Source of the DNA: Bryobacterales bacterium
Lineage (GTDB): Bacteria; Acidobacteriota; Terriglobia; Bryobacterales; Bryobacteraceae
Assembly: GCA_027452065.1 (NCBI GenBank)
Contig: DAIDHC010000036.1
Span: 2,589-66,588, forward strand
Direction of reading: 5' to 3'
Length of the DNA: 64,000 bases
The position numbers and the translations under genes are program-made. Under the pieces are notes generated by a model, which worked only from the letters and a program-made list of their open reading frames with translations, searched no databases and had not been told where the DNA came from. This document shows positions 42,899 through 53,654 of this stretch, one piece after another. Position 1 is the first letter of the stretch; each line of letters opens with the position of its first letter.

Positions 42899-45388
42899 GT
42901 GTATGCCGGCTCAGGACCTCGAGCGTCCGGCGCGCGAAGCAGATTAATCGTGGGAGGCTCGGGTTTCTTGCAGGACGATGTCACCAGGCTTGTGGTGGTG
43001 GGCAACGGCATGGCGGGCATCGCATGCCTGGAACAGATCCTGAAGCACGCTCGACCCTTCTCAGTCCACGTCTTCGGCGACGAACCGCACGTCAACTACA
43101 ACCGCATTCTTCTGTCCTCGGTCCTCGCGGGTGAAAAAAGCGACAGCGCCATCGTCCTCAACGATGCCGGCTGGTATGAGCGCCACGGCGTAATCCTGCG
43201 CCGCGGCGTGCGGATCGATTCGATTGACCTCGATGCGCGCACAGTATCCGGCAGCGACGGGTCGGCAACCGGGTGGGACAAGCTTGTTCTGGCGACCGGC
43301 AGCTCGGCGTTCCTGCCTCCCATTGAGGGCCTGAACAAGGACGGCGTCTTCGCATTCCGCAACCTCGACGACACGCGCGCGCTCCTCGAACGGTCCCGCC
43401 CGGGCCTGCCCGCGGTGGTGATCGGCGGAGGTCTGCTCGGGCTCGAAGCCGCGCGTGGGCTCCAGGTCCAGGGCTGCCAGGTCACCGTGGTCCATCTCAT
43501 GGACACCCTCATGGAGCGGCAACTGGATTCCGCCGGCGGCCGGTATCTTACCGACAAGATGGAGCGTATGGGCATCCGGGTTCTCCTGGGCCGCCAGACA
43601 AGAGCGGTGCTGGGCAACGGCCACGCCGAGGGGCTTCGTTTCGCCGATGGGGAAACAGTCGAAGCCGGGCTCGTCGTCGTCGCGGCCGGCATCCGGCCCA
43701 ATGCCGAGCTGGCGCGGCGCGCGGGCCTCAAGGTGAACCGCGGCGTCGTCGTCAACGATTACATGGAAACCTCCCACCCCGACGTGTTCGCCGTCGGAGA
43801 GTGTGTCGAGCATAACGGCGTCTACTATGGGCTGGTGGCGCCGCTTCTCGAGCAGGGCAAGGTTCTGGCAGCCACCATCAGCGGCAATCGCGGGCCCCGC
43901 TTCGAGGCTGTAGCACCCGCCGCCACTTTAAAGATCATGGGCGTCGATGTCTTCTCGGCCGGCGAAACCGGCGCCGAGCCCGGCGAGGCCGACGTCATCC
44001 GCTACGAGGATCCTTCGCTCGGCATTTACAAAAAGCTCGTGCTTCGCGACAGCCGCCTGGCGGGCGTGATTCTTGTCGGCGACACCTCAGACAGCGGACG
44101 CTACGCCGGATGGCTGCGCCAACAGACCGACCTGTCGGCCCAGCGCCGCCAACTGCTGTTTCCCCCTCCTTCCCAGGACCAGGGCTTCGACGTCGCCAGC
44201 ATCGCCGACAGCGAGACTGTCTGCGGCTGCATGGGCGTCTCGAAGGGCTCCATCATCCAGGCTATCCATGAGAAAGGCGTCAACACTCTGGCCCAGCTTA
44301 AGGAGACAACCCGCGCCTCCACCAGTTGCGGAAGCTGCACCACCATGTGCCGCCAGATTCTCCAGGCCGTGGCTCCGGAGTTCGAGGACCAGGTCAGGCG
44401 CACAATATGCAAGTGCCTTCCTTTCACCGAAGACCGTCTCCGCGAAATGCTGCGCGGCCAGCAGATCAAGTCCGTTCAGGAAGTGCTCGACATCTACGGC
44501 AACGGCGCCGGCTGCGAGGTCTGCAAGCCCGCCCTCAGCTACATGATGGACATGCTCTGGTGCGGCGGCCATGACGAGGATCGCTCGGCCCGCTTCATCA
44601 ACGACCGCGTCCACGCCAACATACAGCGCGACGGCACCTTCTCCGTCGTCCCCCGCATGCGCGGCGGTGTCACCTCGCCCGGCGAGCTCCGCCGCATCGC
44701 TGACGCCGCCGACAAGTACAACGTCCGCATGGTCAAGGTCACCGGCAGCCAGCGCATCGATCTGCTCGGCGTCCGCAAAGAAGATCTGCCCCGCATCTGG
44801 GCCGACATCGGCATGCCCTCCGGCCAGGCGTACACCAAGGGCACGCGCATGGTGAAAACCTGCGTCGGCACCGATTTCTGCCGCTTCGGCACGCAGAACT
44901 CCATCCAGGCCGGCATCGAGCTCGAACGCCGCCTCGAAAACCTCTTCACGCCGCACAAGGTCAAAATGGGCGTCGTCGGCTGCCCCAGAAACTGCGCCGA
45001 GGCCACCGTCAAAGACATCGGTCTGGTCGGCCAGGAGGGAAGCTGGCAGGTGGTGGTGGGCGGCGCCGCCGGAAAAAGCGTCCGCAAGGCCGACCTGCTC
45101 GTTACCGTGGAAACCACCGAAGCCGCGCTTGAAGCAGCCGAGATCTTCTTCCAGTACTACCGCGAGAACGCCAACTATCTCGAACGCACTTACGATTTCG
45201 TCGAACGCCTGGGCATTGAAAAGATCCGCAAGGAAACCGTCTACGCCGCCGAGCCCGCGCGCCGCCAGCTTCTCAGCCGCCTTCACAAAGCGAAACAATA
45301 CGCGCGGGACGCCTGGCTCGAAGGCACCCAGCCCGTCGACCCCACCCAGTTCATACAGATTCAGCCCCTGGAGACCGCATACCGCTGA
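42899..45388 (+). CDS. nirB: NAD(P)H-dependent assimilatory nitrite reductase large subunit
   Basis: VVVGNGMAG, BFD-like CGCMGVSKG, and the siroheme/4Fe-4S motifs TCVGTDFCRFG and GCPRNCAE. Start is uncertain (GTG 42899/42950 or TTG 42968 after GGGAGG). Confidence 0.9.
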   Translation: MYAGSGPRASGARSRLIVGGSGFLQDDVTRLVVVGNGMAGIACLEQILKHARPFSVHVFGDEPHVNYNRILLSSVLAGEKSDSAIVLNDAGWYERHGVILRRGVRIDSIDLDARTVSGSDGSATGWDKLVLATGSSAFLPPIEGLNKDGVFAFRNLDDTRALLERSRPGLPAVVIGGGLLGLEAARGLQVQGCQVTVVHLMDTLMERQLDSAGGRYLTDKMERMGIRVLLGRQTRAVLGNGHAEGLRFADGETVEAGLVVVAAGIRPNAELARRAGLKVNRGVVVNDYMETSHPDVFAVGECVEHNGVYYGLVAPLLEQGKVLAATISGNRGPRFEAVAPAATLKIMGVDVFSAGETGAEPGEADVIRYEDPSLGIYKKLVLRDSRLAGVILVGDTSDSGRYAGWLRQQTDLSAQRRQLLFPPPSQDQGFDVASIADSETVCGCMGVSKGSIIQAIHEKGVNTLAQLKETTRASTSCGSCTTMCRQILQAVAPEFEDQVRRTICKCLPFTEDRLREMLRGQQIKSVQEVLDIYGNGAGCEVCKPALSYMMDMLWCGGHDEDRSARFINDRVHANIQRDGTFSVVPRMRGGVTSPGELRRIADAADKYNVRMVKVTGSQRIDLLGVRKEDLPRIWADIGMPSGQAYTKGTRMVKTCVGTDFCRFGTQNSIQAGIELERRLENLFTPHKVKMGVVGCPRNCAEATVKDIGLVGQEGSWQVVVGGAAGKSVRKADLLVTVETTEAALEAAEIFFQYYRENANYLERTYDFVERLGIEKIRKETVYAAEPARRQLLSRLHKAKQYARDAWLEGTQPVDPTQFIQIQPLETAYR

Positions 45389-45415
45389 ACCGAGGCCCGA
45401 CAAGGAGAGTCCATC

Positions 45416-45766
45416 ATGACCAGCCACCAATGGATCCGGATCACCGACGCCGCCAACATTCCCGCCCGTCAGGGCCGCGCCGTCACCGTCAGCGGGCGCG
45501 AACTCGCCATCTTCAATCTCGGCGACCGCTTCGTGGCCATCGAGAACTCCTGCCCCCATCGCGGCGGACCGCTCTGCGACGGCATCGTCACCGGTACCAG
45601 CGTCGTATGCCCTCTGCACGGCTGGAAGGTCGATCTCGATTCCGGCGCCGTCGAACGCCCAACTCTCGCCGACTGCGTCGCCACCGTCCCCGCGCGTGTC
45701 GAAGACGGCATCATCCTGCTCGACGTCTCCGCCCTCGCCGCGCAGCAGCGCGTCACCGCGGCTTAG
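45416..45766 (+). CDS. nirD: nitrite reductase small subunit (Rieske-like)
   Basis: CPHRGGPL and CPLHGW; 116 aa directly after nirB. Confidence 0.9.
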   Translation: MTSHQWIRITDAANIPARQGRAVTVSGRELAIFNLGDRFVAIENSCPHRGGPLCDGIVTGTSVVCPLHGWKVDLDSGAVERPTLADCVATVPARVEDGIILLDVSALAAQQRVTAA

Positions 45767-46593
45767 CCTCCTACGATCATCTCCCGGATGGTGTTCGCCA
45801 CCGCCGGCCAGGCCCGCGAGCGCGGATCGATCAGTTCAAAATGCCCCGCGCCCGGGATTTCGTTGAGCGCCGCGTCGTCGCCCTTCGCTCGCGCGGCCTT
45901 CACATACCCCCGGCTCATCGAGACCGGAACGGTGTCGTCCTTGGCCCCGTGCAGCAGCCGCTGCCGGACGCCCAGCGGAAGCATGTCGGCCGGCGAGGCA
46001 GCCCGGTACCGCTCCGGCACCTCGCGCGGCGATCCGCCCAGAAATTCGGCCACCGCGCCGTTGCTGAGCTTCAGATCCCAGGCTCGCCGCAGATCCGCCA
46101 CCGGGGCCAGCCCCACCACGCCCCTCAGCCGCGCCGCGTTCTGTTTCCCCAGCCAAAGCGCTAGCTGCCCTCCGGCCGAGTGCCCCGCGGCCACGACACG
46201 CCCGAGGTCGAGGCGGTGCGCACCGGCGACCTTTTCCAGATAGGCGGAGCCGTCGCGAACGTCGTCAAACGTGCCCGGCCATCCTCCTCCGGGATTTCCG
46301 ATGCGGCGGTATTCCAGGCTCCAGGTGGCGTTGCCTTCGGCCGTGAGAGCGTCGCAGAAATGGCCGATGTGCATCAGGTCATAACGCGCCCGCCAATAGC
46401 CGCCGTGAATGACAATCGCCACCGGATGCGGCCCCGCGCCCGCGGGCACGCGAAGTTCGGCGAACTGGAATTCGCCCGCGCCGTACGCGAAGCGGACGCC
46501 CGTGCGCGACGGCGGAAGGTCGAGAAGGCTCTGCGCGGCCCCGGTCAGGCGGGCGGCCAGAGAAAGACTCAGAAACGCGCGCCGCGTGGCCAT
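45763..46593 (-). CDS. alpha/beta hydrolase (arylformamidase/esterase-like) with Tat-like signal
   Basis: MATRRAFLSL, HGGYW and the nucleophile elbow GHSAGG. Confidence 0.8.
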   Translation of the reverse strand: MATRRAFLSLSLAARLTGAAQSLLDLPPSRTGVRFAYGAGEFQFAELRVPAGAGPHPVAIVIHGGYWRARYDLMHIGHFCDALTAEGNATWSLEYRRIGNPGGGWPGTFDDVRDGSAYLEKVAGAHRLDLGRVVAAGHSAGGQLALWLGKQNAARLRGVVGLAPVADLRRAWDLKLSNGAVAEFLGGSPREVPERYRAASPADMLPLGVRQRLLHGAKDDTVPVSMSRGYVKAARAKGDDAALNEIPGAGHFELIDPRSRAWPAVANTIREMIVGG

Positions 46594-46628
46594 GAACTTC
46601 GATTATCGGATAACGCGGGCACCGTTCC

Positions 46629-47429
46629 TTACGGCGTCGCCGGCAGAATGACACCCGTCGCGCTCGTATTCCCCGCCAGTACCACCTGAATCTGCGGATT
46701 CGGCGGAAACTGCGCCGGAAGCTGGACGTTGATCTGATACAGCCCCGCAAACCCCGGCGCCACCCCCGCATACGCCACAAGGTTCCGGTCCAGTGGAACC
46801 GTGTTCAGCAGAATCTGCAGGCCCTGCTGCTGAATGTCGGCCGCGGTGTGCGGAATTTCCAGGTTGTTCAGCGGCGGCAGCGTGCCGCCGAGTCCCGTGG
46901 CGTACAGAATCACCCAGTCCCCGGCCCTGGCCGGCGAAGAAACGGTGTAAAGAGACCCGTCCGGTTTCGTCGCGATCACAGTCGCCGGGTCCAGTTGATA
47001 CAGCGCCGGCGCCGCCGGCCGCAACGTCACGGGCACCTGCGGCCCCGCGTTGCCGTCCAGCACCACCTGCACCTGCACGGTCGCCGGCATCAGAATGTTG
47101 GGCACCTGGAAATTGATCTGCTTCGGCGAAACGTAGAAAATCCCCGCCGGAATGTTCCCCACCAACACATGCACTCCGGTCCCCTCGAGTTCGGTCGGCA
47201 TGATCCCCGCCCCGACATCGGTGGTCAAAATGCCCCGCGTCGTGTAGCTCAAACCGGTCCCAAAAATCGACCCGATCGCGCCCGGAGCGAGTTCTCCGGC
47301 CTGGTAATCCGCCGAATTGACCACGCCGGCCGCCGTGTAGCACGGCGTTGGGCCGTTCATGAGGCAAGTTCCGGCACACGCGGCTGGTCCTACCACCAAC
47401 AGGAGGACACAGAGCGCACAATTCCGCAT
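46629..47429 (-). CDS. secreted protein with Solibacter-type (TIGR03437-like) Ig-like repeats
   Basis: Signal peptide, VVNSADY...SIFGTGL...KQINFQVP and LYATGLG...GLYQINVQLP. Confidence 0.8.
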   Translation of the reverse strand: MRNCALCVLLLVVGPAACAGTCLMNGPTPCYTAAGVVNSADYQAGELAPGAIGSIFGTGLSYTTRGILTTDVGAGIMPTELEGTGVHVLVGNIPAGIFYVSPKQINFQVPNILMPATVQVQVVLDGNAGPQVPVTLRPAAPALYQLDPATVIATKPDGSLYTVSSPARAGDWVILYATGLGGTLPPLNNLEIPHTAADIQQQGLQILLNTVPLDRNLVAYAGVAPGFAGLYQINVQLPAQFPPNPQIQVVLAGNTSATGVILPATP

Positions 47430-47482
47430 GACTGCCCCTCCGGATTTGGTGCCCGGACGCCCACAACACTCTCAGACAATTT

Positions 47483-48634
47483 TTAGCGGCCGTACTTTTT
47501 CAGCACCCGCTGCAATTCGTCGTGCGGCAGGCCCGGCACATGGTGCCCATCAACACCGGTCATGGACTCGCCCGCCACCAGCGCGTTGACAATCGATTCC
47601 TCCGTCGCTTCCACCGTCGCCTCAAACAACGGATTCATGTGATCGTTGTCCACCATCGCCACCCGGTTCGGCCCCGGCCCGTTATACGCCCCTCGGTTAG
47701 CCGTTGAAAACGCGAGAAATATATCGCCCGACCCGTTGCCGGAAATCGAACCCGTCCGCGCCAGCCCCATCGTCGCCCGCCGCGTCAGCCGCTTCAACTG
47801 GTGCGGCAGCAGGGGCGCGTCCGTGGCCACAATAATGATGATCGAACCCATCTCGCGCTCGGCCGGCACCATCGCCGCCCGCCGGTCCGGCACCTCCTGC
47901 GGAATCTCGCGGCCCACCGGCACTCCGGCGATGGTCAACTGCGGCCGCACCCCGCAGTTACATTGCACCAGTACTCCCACGGTATATCCCCCGAGCGCCT
48001 CCGGCAAATGCCGCGACGACGTCCCGATGCCGCCTTTGAACTCATAGCAGATCATGCCCGTGCCGCCGCCCACCCCGCCCTCGTCCACCGCACCGCCATG
48101 CGCCCCGTCGAGCGCCGCCCGCACGTGCTCCGGCTTTACGTGAAACCCATTGATGTCGTTCAGCCACCCGTCCCACGTCTCGGCCACCACCGGCAGCGAC
48201 CACGGCTGAAACATGCGGTGGTGCTCCAGCCCCCATCCGATCATCGCGTCCCGCACCACGCCCACACTGTGAGTGTTGGTGATCCCCACCGGGCTCTCCA
48301 GAAACCCCGATTCCTCCACCCACGTCGTGCCCGTCATCTCCCCGTTTCCGTTTTGCGCAAACCACGCCGCAAACACCGGGTCGGCGTCCGCCCGCCCGCG
48401 CGGCACCACCACCGTCACGCCCGTCCTCACCGGCCCTTTGCCCACCACCAGCGGCCCGTCGCCCGAAATCAGAGTCGTCTGGCCCACCTCCACGCCCGCC
48501 ACGTCCGTAATCGCGTTGAAGCGTCCCGGCGTCCCCGTAAACGGCACGCCCAGATCCCGCGCCCGCGGCTTGGTTTGAGCCGCCCCGCCCACCGCCGCCG
48601 CGCATGCCAGCACCGCCACCCACCCGTGACTCAT
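47483..48634 (-). CDS. P1/S58 family peptidase (DmpA-like aminopeptidase)
   Basis: FNAITDVAGVEVGQTT, and an S58-like layout along the whole length. Confidence 0.83.
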   Translation of the reverse strand: MSHGWVAVLACAAAVGGAAQTKPRARDLGVPFTGTPGRFNAITDVAGVEVGQTTLISGDGPLVVGKGPVRTGVTVVVPRGRADADPVFAAWFAQNGNGEMTGTTWVEESGFLESPVGITNTHSVGVVRDAMIGWGLEHHRMFQPWSLPVVAETWDGWLNDINGFHVKPEHVRAALDGAHGGAVDEGGVGGGTGMICYEFKGGIGTSSRHLPEALGGYTVGVLVQCNCGVRPQLTIAGVPVGREIPQEVPDRRAAMVPAEREMGSIIIIVATDAPLLPHQLKRLTRRATMGLARTGSISGNGSGDIFLAFSTANRGAYNGPGPNRVAMVDNDHMNPLFEATVEATEESIVNALVAGESMTGVDGHHVPGLPHDELQRVLKKYGR

Positions 48635-48746
48635 GATCTCTGCAAACTACCACAACGCCGCCTGCTCCCGCCCATTTCCCCGGGCATGCCACTAGAATGG
48701 CTCAAGGCATCCAAATCAGCCTCGACAGTCGTATGTCTCATATGGC

Positions 48747-49358
48747 GTGGCATTCGCGATGATCTCGCTGCTACTGCCCTGGTTGTCCGCGGTATTTGAG
48801 GACTTCAGCCACGACGAGCACCTCGTCCGGCGCCTCCAGAGCCGCGACCCTCAGGCGATGGCGGACGTGTATGACCGCTTCGGAAAGCTCGTCTACGCCT
48901 TGATTCTGCGCGTCGTCCGCAACAGCGCCGCCGCCGAAGACCTCACCCAGGAGACTTTCATCCGCCTCTGGAATCGCGTCCAGGCCTTCGACGCCGCCAA
49001 GGGCGCGCTCGGCCCCTGGCTTCTCACCATCGCCCGCAATCGCGCTATCGATTATCTCCGCTCGGCCGAAGGCCGCAACCGGGAAAGTGTCGTCGAGCTC
49101 CAGCGTCTCGAACAGCCCGAGTTGTTCTGCGACTTCGAGCGCGAAATTCTGAACATCGATCGCGTCCGCCTTCTCAAGGACGCTTTCACCAAGCTCACGG
49201 CGAATCAAAAGCTGGTCATCGAGCTCGCCTACTACGAAGGCTTGTCGCAGAGCGAAATGGCCGAGCGCCTGCGCCAGCCCCTCGGAACCGTCAAAACGTG
49301 GATGCGTGCGGCTCTCAAGACCCTCCGCGCCGAACTCGACGAGGCGGCCCTCGCATGA
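48747..49358 (+). CDS. ECF-type RNA polymerase sigma-70 factor
   Basis: Region 2 is EDLTQETFIRLWNR and region 4 is LSQSEMAERLRQPLGTVKTWMRAAL. Start is GTG 48747 or ATG 48759. Confidence 0.88.
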   Translation: MAFAMISLLLPWLSAVFEDFSHDEHLVRRLQSRDPQAMADVYDRFGKLVYALILRVVRNSAAAEDLTQETFIRLWNRVQAFDAAKGALGPWLLTIARNRAIDYLRSAEGRNRESVVELQRLEQPELFCDFEREILNIDRVRLLKDAFTKLTANQKLVIELAYYEGLSQSEMAERLRQPLGTVKTWMRAALKTLRAELDEAALA

Positions 49359-49427
49359 GTTGCGGCTGGCCGCCCGCCGAGCCCCCGACCCGCCCTTCCG
49401 CGCCGCATCCTCGATAGACTGGTGAGC

Positions 49428-50264
49428 ATGGAACGTCGAGCGGCACTCCCGCTGGCATTTCTCGTCATCTTCGCCGCCTCCGCCGCCCGCGCTCAGGACA
49501 GCCCCGATTCCTTTCAGGTCCGCCGCGAGATCGGCCTCGGCATCCGCGCCTTCCGCCAGGGCCAGTACGAAGTGGCCGCCCAGCATTTCGAAAAGGCCTG
49601 CCAGATGGATCCCGAATCCATCAATCCCCGCCTTTACCTGGGCACTTCTTACGCCTCTCTCTACAACCCATCGTCGGCCGATCCGGCCAACCTCGATCTC
49701 GCCCGCAAAGCCGAAGCAGCTTATCTCAAAGTCCTCGAGCTGAACCCGGAAGAGGACAACGCCCTCCGCTCTCTCGCCAGCCTCGCCTACCAGCGAGCCG
49801 GCGCCATCCGCGATCCCAAGGAGCGCCGCCAGCAGTTCGACCGCGCCGCAGGATGGTATCGCAACGTCGCCGAATCCATGCCCAAGGACAAAGGCGCTTT
49901 CTACATGCTCGGCGTCATCGCCTGGGACCAGTGCGACCCGGAAATCTCCGCCGCCCGCGCCCAGTCCGGCCTTCAGCCCGAGTCCGCTGGTCCCATCCCC
50001 GACGCCGCCCTTCGAGCCCGTCTCAAGACCGATTGCGGCCCGATCCTGGACGACGGCATGGCGCAGCTCAAAAAAGCGCTTGATCTCGACCCCGATTACG
50101 AGGAGGCATACGCCTACCTGAACCTGCTCACCCGCGAGCGCGCCAACTTCGCCGATTCCCTGGATGAGTGGAAAGCCGCCGCCCGCGAAGCCGACCAATG
50201 GTCGGCCAAGGCCCTCCAGGCGCAGAAGAATCGCGCTGCCCACCCCGGATCCCCCGAACCGTGA
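49428..50264 (+). CDS. secreted TPR-repeat protein
   Basis: Signal peptide ending AARAQ, followed by TPR-like repeats. Confidence 0.72.
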   Translation: MERRAALPLAFLVIFAASAARAQDSPDSFQVRREIGLGIRAFRQGQYEVAAQHFEKACQMDPESINPRLYLGTSYASLYNPSSADPANLDLARKAEAAYLKVLELNPEEDNALRSLASLAYQRAGAIRDPKERRQQFDRAAGWYRNVAESMPKDKGAFYMLGVIAWDQCDPEISAARAQSGLQPESAGPIPDAALRARLKTDCGPILDDGMAQLKKALDLDPDYEEAYAYLNLLTRERANFADSLDEWKAAAREADQWSAKALQAQKNRAAHPGSPEP

Positions 50265-51520
50265 GCGGCCCCGCCCGGCGGCCCTGGCCCAACCTGCGCT
50301 GGTGGATCGGCGGACTCCTGTTCGCCTCGACGGTCATCAACTACATCGATCGCCAAACGCTATCCCTGCTCGCTCCGATGCTCAAGCGCGACTACCAGTG
50401 GAGCAACCAGGATTTTGCTCTCGTGCTGGCCGCCTTCCGACTCGCCTACGCCGGCGGCCAGGCCATCTCCGGCCGTCTCCTCGACCGCCTCGGCGTCCGC
50501 GCCGGCCTCAGCCTCTCCGTCGCCTTCTATTCCGTGGCCGCTGCCCTGACCTCGCTTGCCTCCGGCCTCCGCTCCTTCTGTTTTTTCCGCTTCCTTCTCG
50601 GCGCCGGCGAATCCGCCAACTGGCCCGGCGCCACCAAGGCCGTCGCCGAATGGTTCCCCAGCCGGGAGCGTAGCTGGGCCGTCGCCCTGTTTGACAGCGG
50701 CTCCTCGGCCGGCGGAGCCATCGCTCCCTTTCTCGTCTTCTGGCTCTATCGCGCTACCGGCGGCTGGCGTCCCGTTTTCCTGATCACCGGCGCTCTCGGC
50801 GCTCTCTGGCTCCTCGCCTGGCGCATTCTTTATCACCCTCCCGAATCCCATCCCCGCCTGGGCCCCGAAGAGCGCGCGCTCATCCGCTCCGGCCAGCACA
50901 CGCCCCCCGCCGGCCCCCGTCCCTCGTGGCTCCGCCTTCTCCGCGCGCCCGAAACATGGGGCATCGTGCTCGGCCGCTCGCTCACCGACCCGGTGTGGTT
51001 CTTCATCACCGACTGGTTTCCGCTCTATCTCGTCAGCCGCGGTTTCGCCGTCGAGCACAGCCTGCTCGCCGTCTGGGTCCCCTTCGTCGCCGCCGACCTG
51101 GGCAATTTCTTCGGCGGTGGACTCTCCAGCCGCCTCATCGCCCGCGGCTGGCCCGTGCTCCGCGCCCGCAAAGCGCTCATCGCCGTCTGCGGCCTGGGCA
51201 TGTCCACGCTCGCCCTGACCGCTTTCGTGTCCAGCCTGCCCGCTCTGGCCGCCCTCTTTGCCCTGTCAACTTTCGCCTATGCCGCCTGGTCCACCATGGA
51301 CATCGTTCTGCCCGCCGATCTCTACCCCCACCACTCGGTCGCCTCCGTCGCCGGTCTCAGCGGCACCGGCGCGGGCCTGGCCACCATCGCCTCCAGCCTC
51401 GCCATCGGCCACATCACGGACCGCTATTCGTTCGGCCCCGTCATTGTTGGCGCCAGCCTGGTTCCCCTGCTCGCCACCACGCTGGTGCTTGTTCTTGTCC
51501 GCCGCCGCCCCGAGCTTTAG
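50261..51520 (+). CDS. MFS transporter (hexuronate/ACS-family-like)
   Basis: GTGA overlap with the upstream stop, [14 protein letters not shown] at TM1, and 12 TM helices. Confidence 0.85.
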   Translation: MSGPARRPWPNLRWWIGGLLFASTVINYIDRQTLSLLAPMLKRDYQWSNQDFALVLAAFRLAYAGGQAISGRLLDRLGVRAGLSLSVAFYSVAAALTSLASGLRSFCFFRFLLGAGESANWPGATKAVAEWFPSRERSWAVALFDSGSSAGGAIAPFLVFWLYRATGGWRPVFLITGALGALWLLAWRILYHPPESHPRLGPEERALIRSGQHTPPAGPRPSWLRLLRAPETWGIVLGRSLTDPVWFFITDWFPLYLVSRGFAVEHSLLAVWVPFVAADLGNFFGGGLSSRLIARGWPVLRARKALIAVCGLGMSTLALTAFVSSLPALAALFALSTFAYAAWSTMDIVLPADLYPHHSVASVAGLSGTGAGLATIASSLAIGHITDRYSFGPVIVGASLVPLLATTLVLVLVRRRPEL

Positions 51521-52329
51521 CGAGGCAACGGCCGCGGCGTCGCGTCGCCCGGTATCATGCCCATCGCCCACTTGATCGCTTCCGAGTACATCTGCTGAAT
51601 GTCGTGCCGGTCCCAGGTCTCATACCGGTGGCCGAACGTGCTGTAAAACACCCGCCCCTTGCCGTACGTTTTCACCCAGGCCAGCGCGAAATCCCCATCC
51701 GTCCGGTGCACGCGCGGGTTTTTCAAATCGAGCTTGTTGGCGTCCAGCCGCGCCAGCACCCGCAGCTTATCCCGCGAGTAGTTCTTCACCTGGTACATCT
51801 CGTCGGTCATCATGAATTCCTTCGGGAAGTACCGCATCGCCGGAAAGTCCGGGTCTTCCACAATCACCGGCGCGTTAAATGTCATCCACGGATGCTCATT
51901 GAAATACCCGCCCACCATCTCCCCGTACTCGGGCCAGTTGTAAAACGTATCGATGGCGCTGTGAACGCCGATGAAGCCCTTGCCGTCGTCGTGAATGAAC
52001 GACAGCAGGTCTTTCTTCTGCTGGTCGTCCATGTCCAGCTCACCGGTGGTGTAGAACAGTACCGCGTCGAAATAGTTCAGGTTCTTCGCGTTCTTGCCCA
52101 GGTTCTTCTTGGTGATCAGCTCGCAGTCGGTGCGAATGTAGGTGTCCCACTCGCCCGACAGATAGCCCAGCCGCTCGATGGTCGCCAGAGCGTGCGACAC
52201 CGAGTCGTGTTCGAAGCCCTTCACCTCGCCGATGGCGAGCAGGTGCTTCACCTTGGGCTGCTGGGACGAGACCGTGCCGGTCAGAGAAAGAAAAAGGAAG
52301 CCTGCGAATGCGAGGCGGAGCGTGCGCAT
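51517..52329 (-). CDS. ThuA domain protein (secreted)
   Basis: [14 protein letters not shown] and GGYFNEHPW; signal peptide present. Confidence 0.83.
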   Translation of the reverse strand: MRTLRLAFAGFLFLSLTGTVSSQQPKVKHLLAIGEVKGFEHDSVSHALATIERLGYLSGEWDTYIRTDCELITKKNLGKNAKNLNYFDAVLFYTTGELDMDDQQKKDLLSFIHDDGKGFIGVHSAIDTFYNWPEYGEMVGGYFNEHPWMTFNAPVIVEDPDFPAMRYFPKEFMMTDEMYQVKNYSRDKLRVLARLDANKLDLKNPRVHRTDGDFALAWVKTYGKGRVFYSTFGHRYETWDRHDIQQMYSEAIKWAMGMIPGDATPRPLPR

Positions 52330-52357
52330 AACAGGGGAACTATATCAGAAGCGCGGC

Positions 52358-53239
52358 CTAGCCGGCCTGCCGCCGCAATGCCAGATATTCCGCCACCACC
52401 TGCGCCAGAGGCGGCATTGGCGCCACTCCCGTGCTCTCCATCTTGGAGTTGGACAGCGCCGAGAAGCGCGGACGCCGCGCCGCGGTCCGGTACTCTCGCT
52501 CATTCGTTGACCGAAGCTCCGGCTTCAGGCCCGCGGCTTCGAAGATGATGCGCGCAAATTCGAACCACGAGGTCGGAGTCCCGCCGCCGACATGAAAAAT
52601 CCCGCTCGCCCCGCGCTCCACCAGGTCGAGCGTCCGCGCCGCCAGCAGCGGCGCAAAGGTCGGCGAGGCCACGTGGTCTTCCACTACCCGGATCGGCTGG
52701 CCGCCCGCCGCCAGCCGCAGCATCAGCTCCACAAAATTCCCCCGCGCCGTCTTCAGGCCGCCCGGCCCGAACACCCCCGACGTGCGCACGATCAGAGCAT
52801 TGTCCAGATATGCCTGAGCGAAAAGCTCCCCTGCCAGCTTCGACACCGCATAGGCTCCCAGCGGGTGCGGCGCGTCCTGTTCGGTGTAGGGCCTTCCGGC
52901 GGTGCCGTCAAAAACGTAGTCGGTCGAAAAATGCACCAGTTGCGCGTCAATCTGACGGCAGGCCAGCGCCAGGTTCCGCACCGCCAGCGCATTGGCTTGA
53001 AACGCCGCCTGCGGCTCGGCCTCGGCCACGTCCACCTGATTGTAGGCCGCCGCGTTCATCACCAGCGCCGGATCCTCGGCCGCCAGAGCGCGTTCCACCT
53101 CCGCCGCCGCAGTGATGTCCACCGAAGCGCGGTCGAACCCGCACACCTCGCAGCCCCGCCGCTTCAGCTCGCTCACCAGTTCCACGCCAAGCTGCCCGCG
53201 ACACCCGAATACAACCGCTTTCTTTTTACGTTCCGGCAT
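52358..53239 (-). CDS. rfbD: dTDP-4-dehydrorhamnose reductase
   Basis: VVFGCRGQLG, STDYVFDG and YAVSKLAGE. Confidence 0.88.
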   Translation of the reverse strand: MPERKKKAVVFGCRGQLGVELVSELKRRGCEVCGFDRASVDITAAAEVERALAAEDPALVMNAAAYNQVDVAEAEPQAAFQANALAVRNLALACRQIDAQLVHFSTDYVFDGTAGRPYTEQDAPHPLGAYAVSKLAGELFAQAYLDNALIVRTSGVFGPGGLKTARGNFVELMLRLAAGGQPIRVVEDHVASPTFAPLLAARTLDLVERGASGIFHVGGGTPTSWFEFARIIFEAAGLKPELRSTNEREYRTAARRPRFSALSNSKMESTGVAPMPPLAQVVAEYLALRRQAG

Positions 53240-53603
53240 CTAGGGGCAGCATAGCATCGTCCTTGACGCTTTCCCTCCGCCCCACCTGCTCCGGCGCCGC
53301 CGCCAGCAGTTTCTTGTGCAGCCGCATGAGCTCGGAAAGCCGCGACAGCACCTGATCCACGCGCACCCCGGACACGAACGCTTCCCCGGTGCGCTCGGTA
53401 AACGCAACCTCGGCCAGAATCAGTGAGTCGGCCAGCTCCACCTTCAACGGCGTCCCGGGAGCCAGCGGACGCTGGTGTGTGAACTTCATCCCACGGCCGG
53501 ACACGTTCACTAGCGTCGCATCCAGGCTCTCCGGATGCGGCCCCAGAATGGTGAGACGGGCCGGCTGGTTAGCGGCAAATCGGGGTTCTCGACGGCGTTC
53601 CAC
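53226..53603 (-). CDS. PilZ domain protein
   Basis: RREPR ... NVSGRG, which matches the RxxxR / D-N-x-S-x-x-G c-di-GMP binding pattern. 14-nt overlap with the rfbD start. Confidence 0.75.
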   Translation of the reverse strand: MERRREPRFAANQPARLTILGPHPESLDATLVNVSGRGMKFTHQRPLAPGTPLKVELADSLILAEVAFTERTGEAFVSGVRVDQVLSRLSELMRLHKKLLAAAPEQVGRRESVKDDAMLPLDAGT

Positions 53604-53654
53604 ACCCGTCTTATCGGTGAACCCGCCGAATTGTGTGAGAAAATCCGCGCCCGC

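Noticed and set aside
44087-45619. 510-aa ORF antisense to nirB/nirD
   Set aside because: It is a shadow ORF. nirB and nirD on the plus strand carry cofactor-binding motifs.
48771-50243. 490-aa ORF antisense to the ECF sigma and TPR genes
   Set aside because: It is a Gly/Ala/Glu/Val-rich shadow ORF, while the plus strand has sigma regions 2 and 4.
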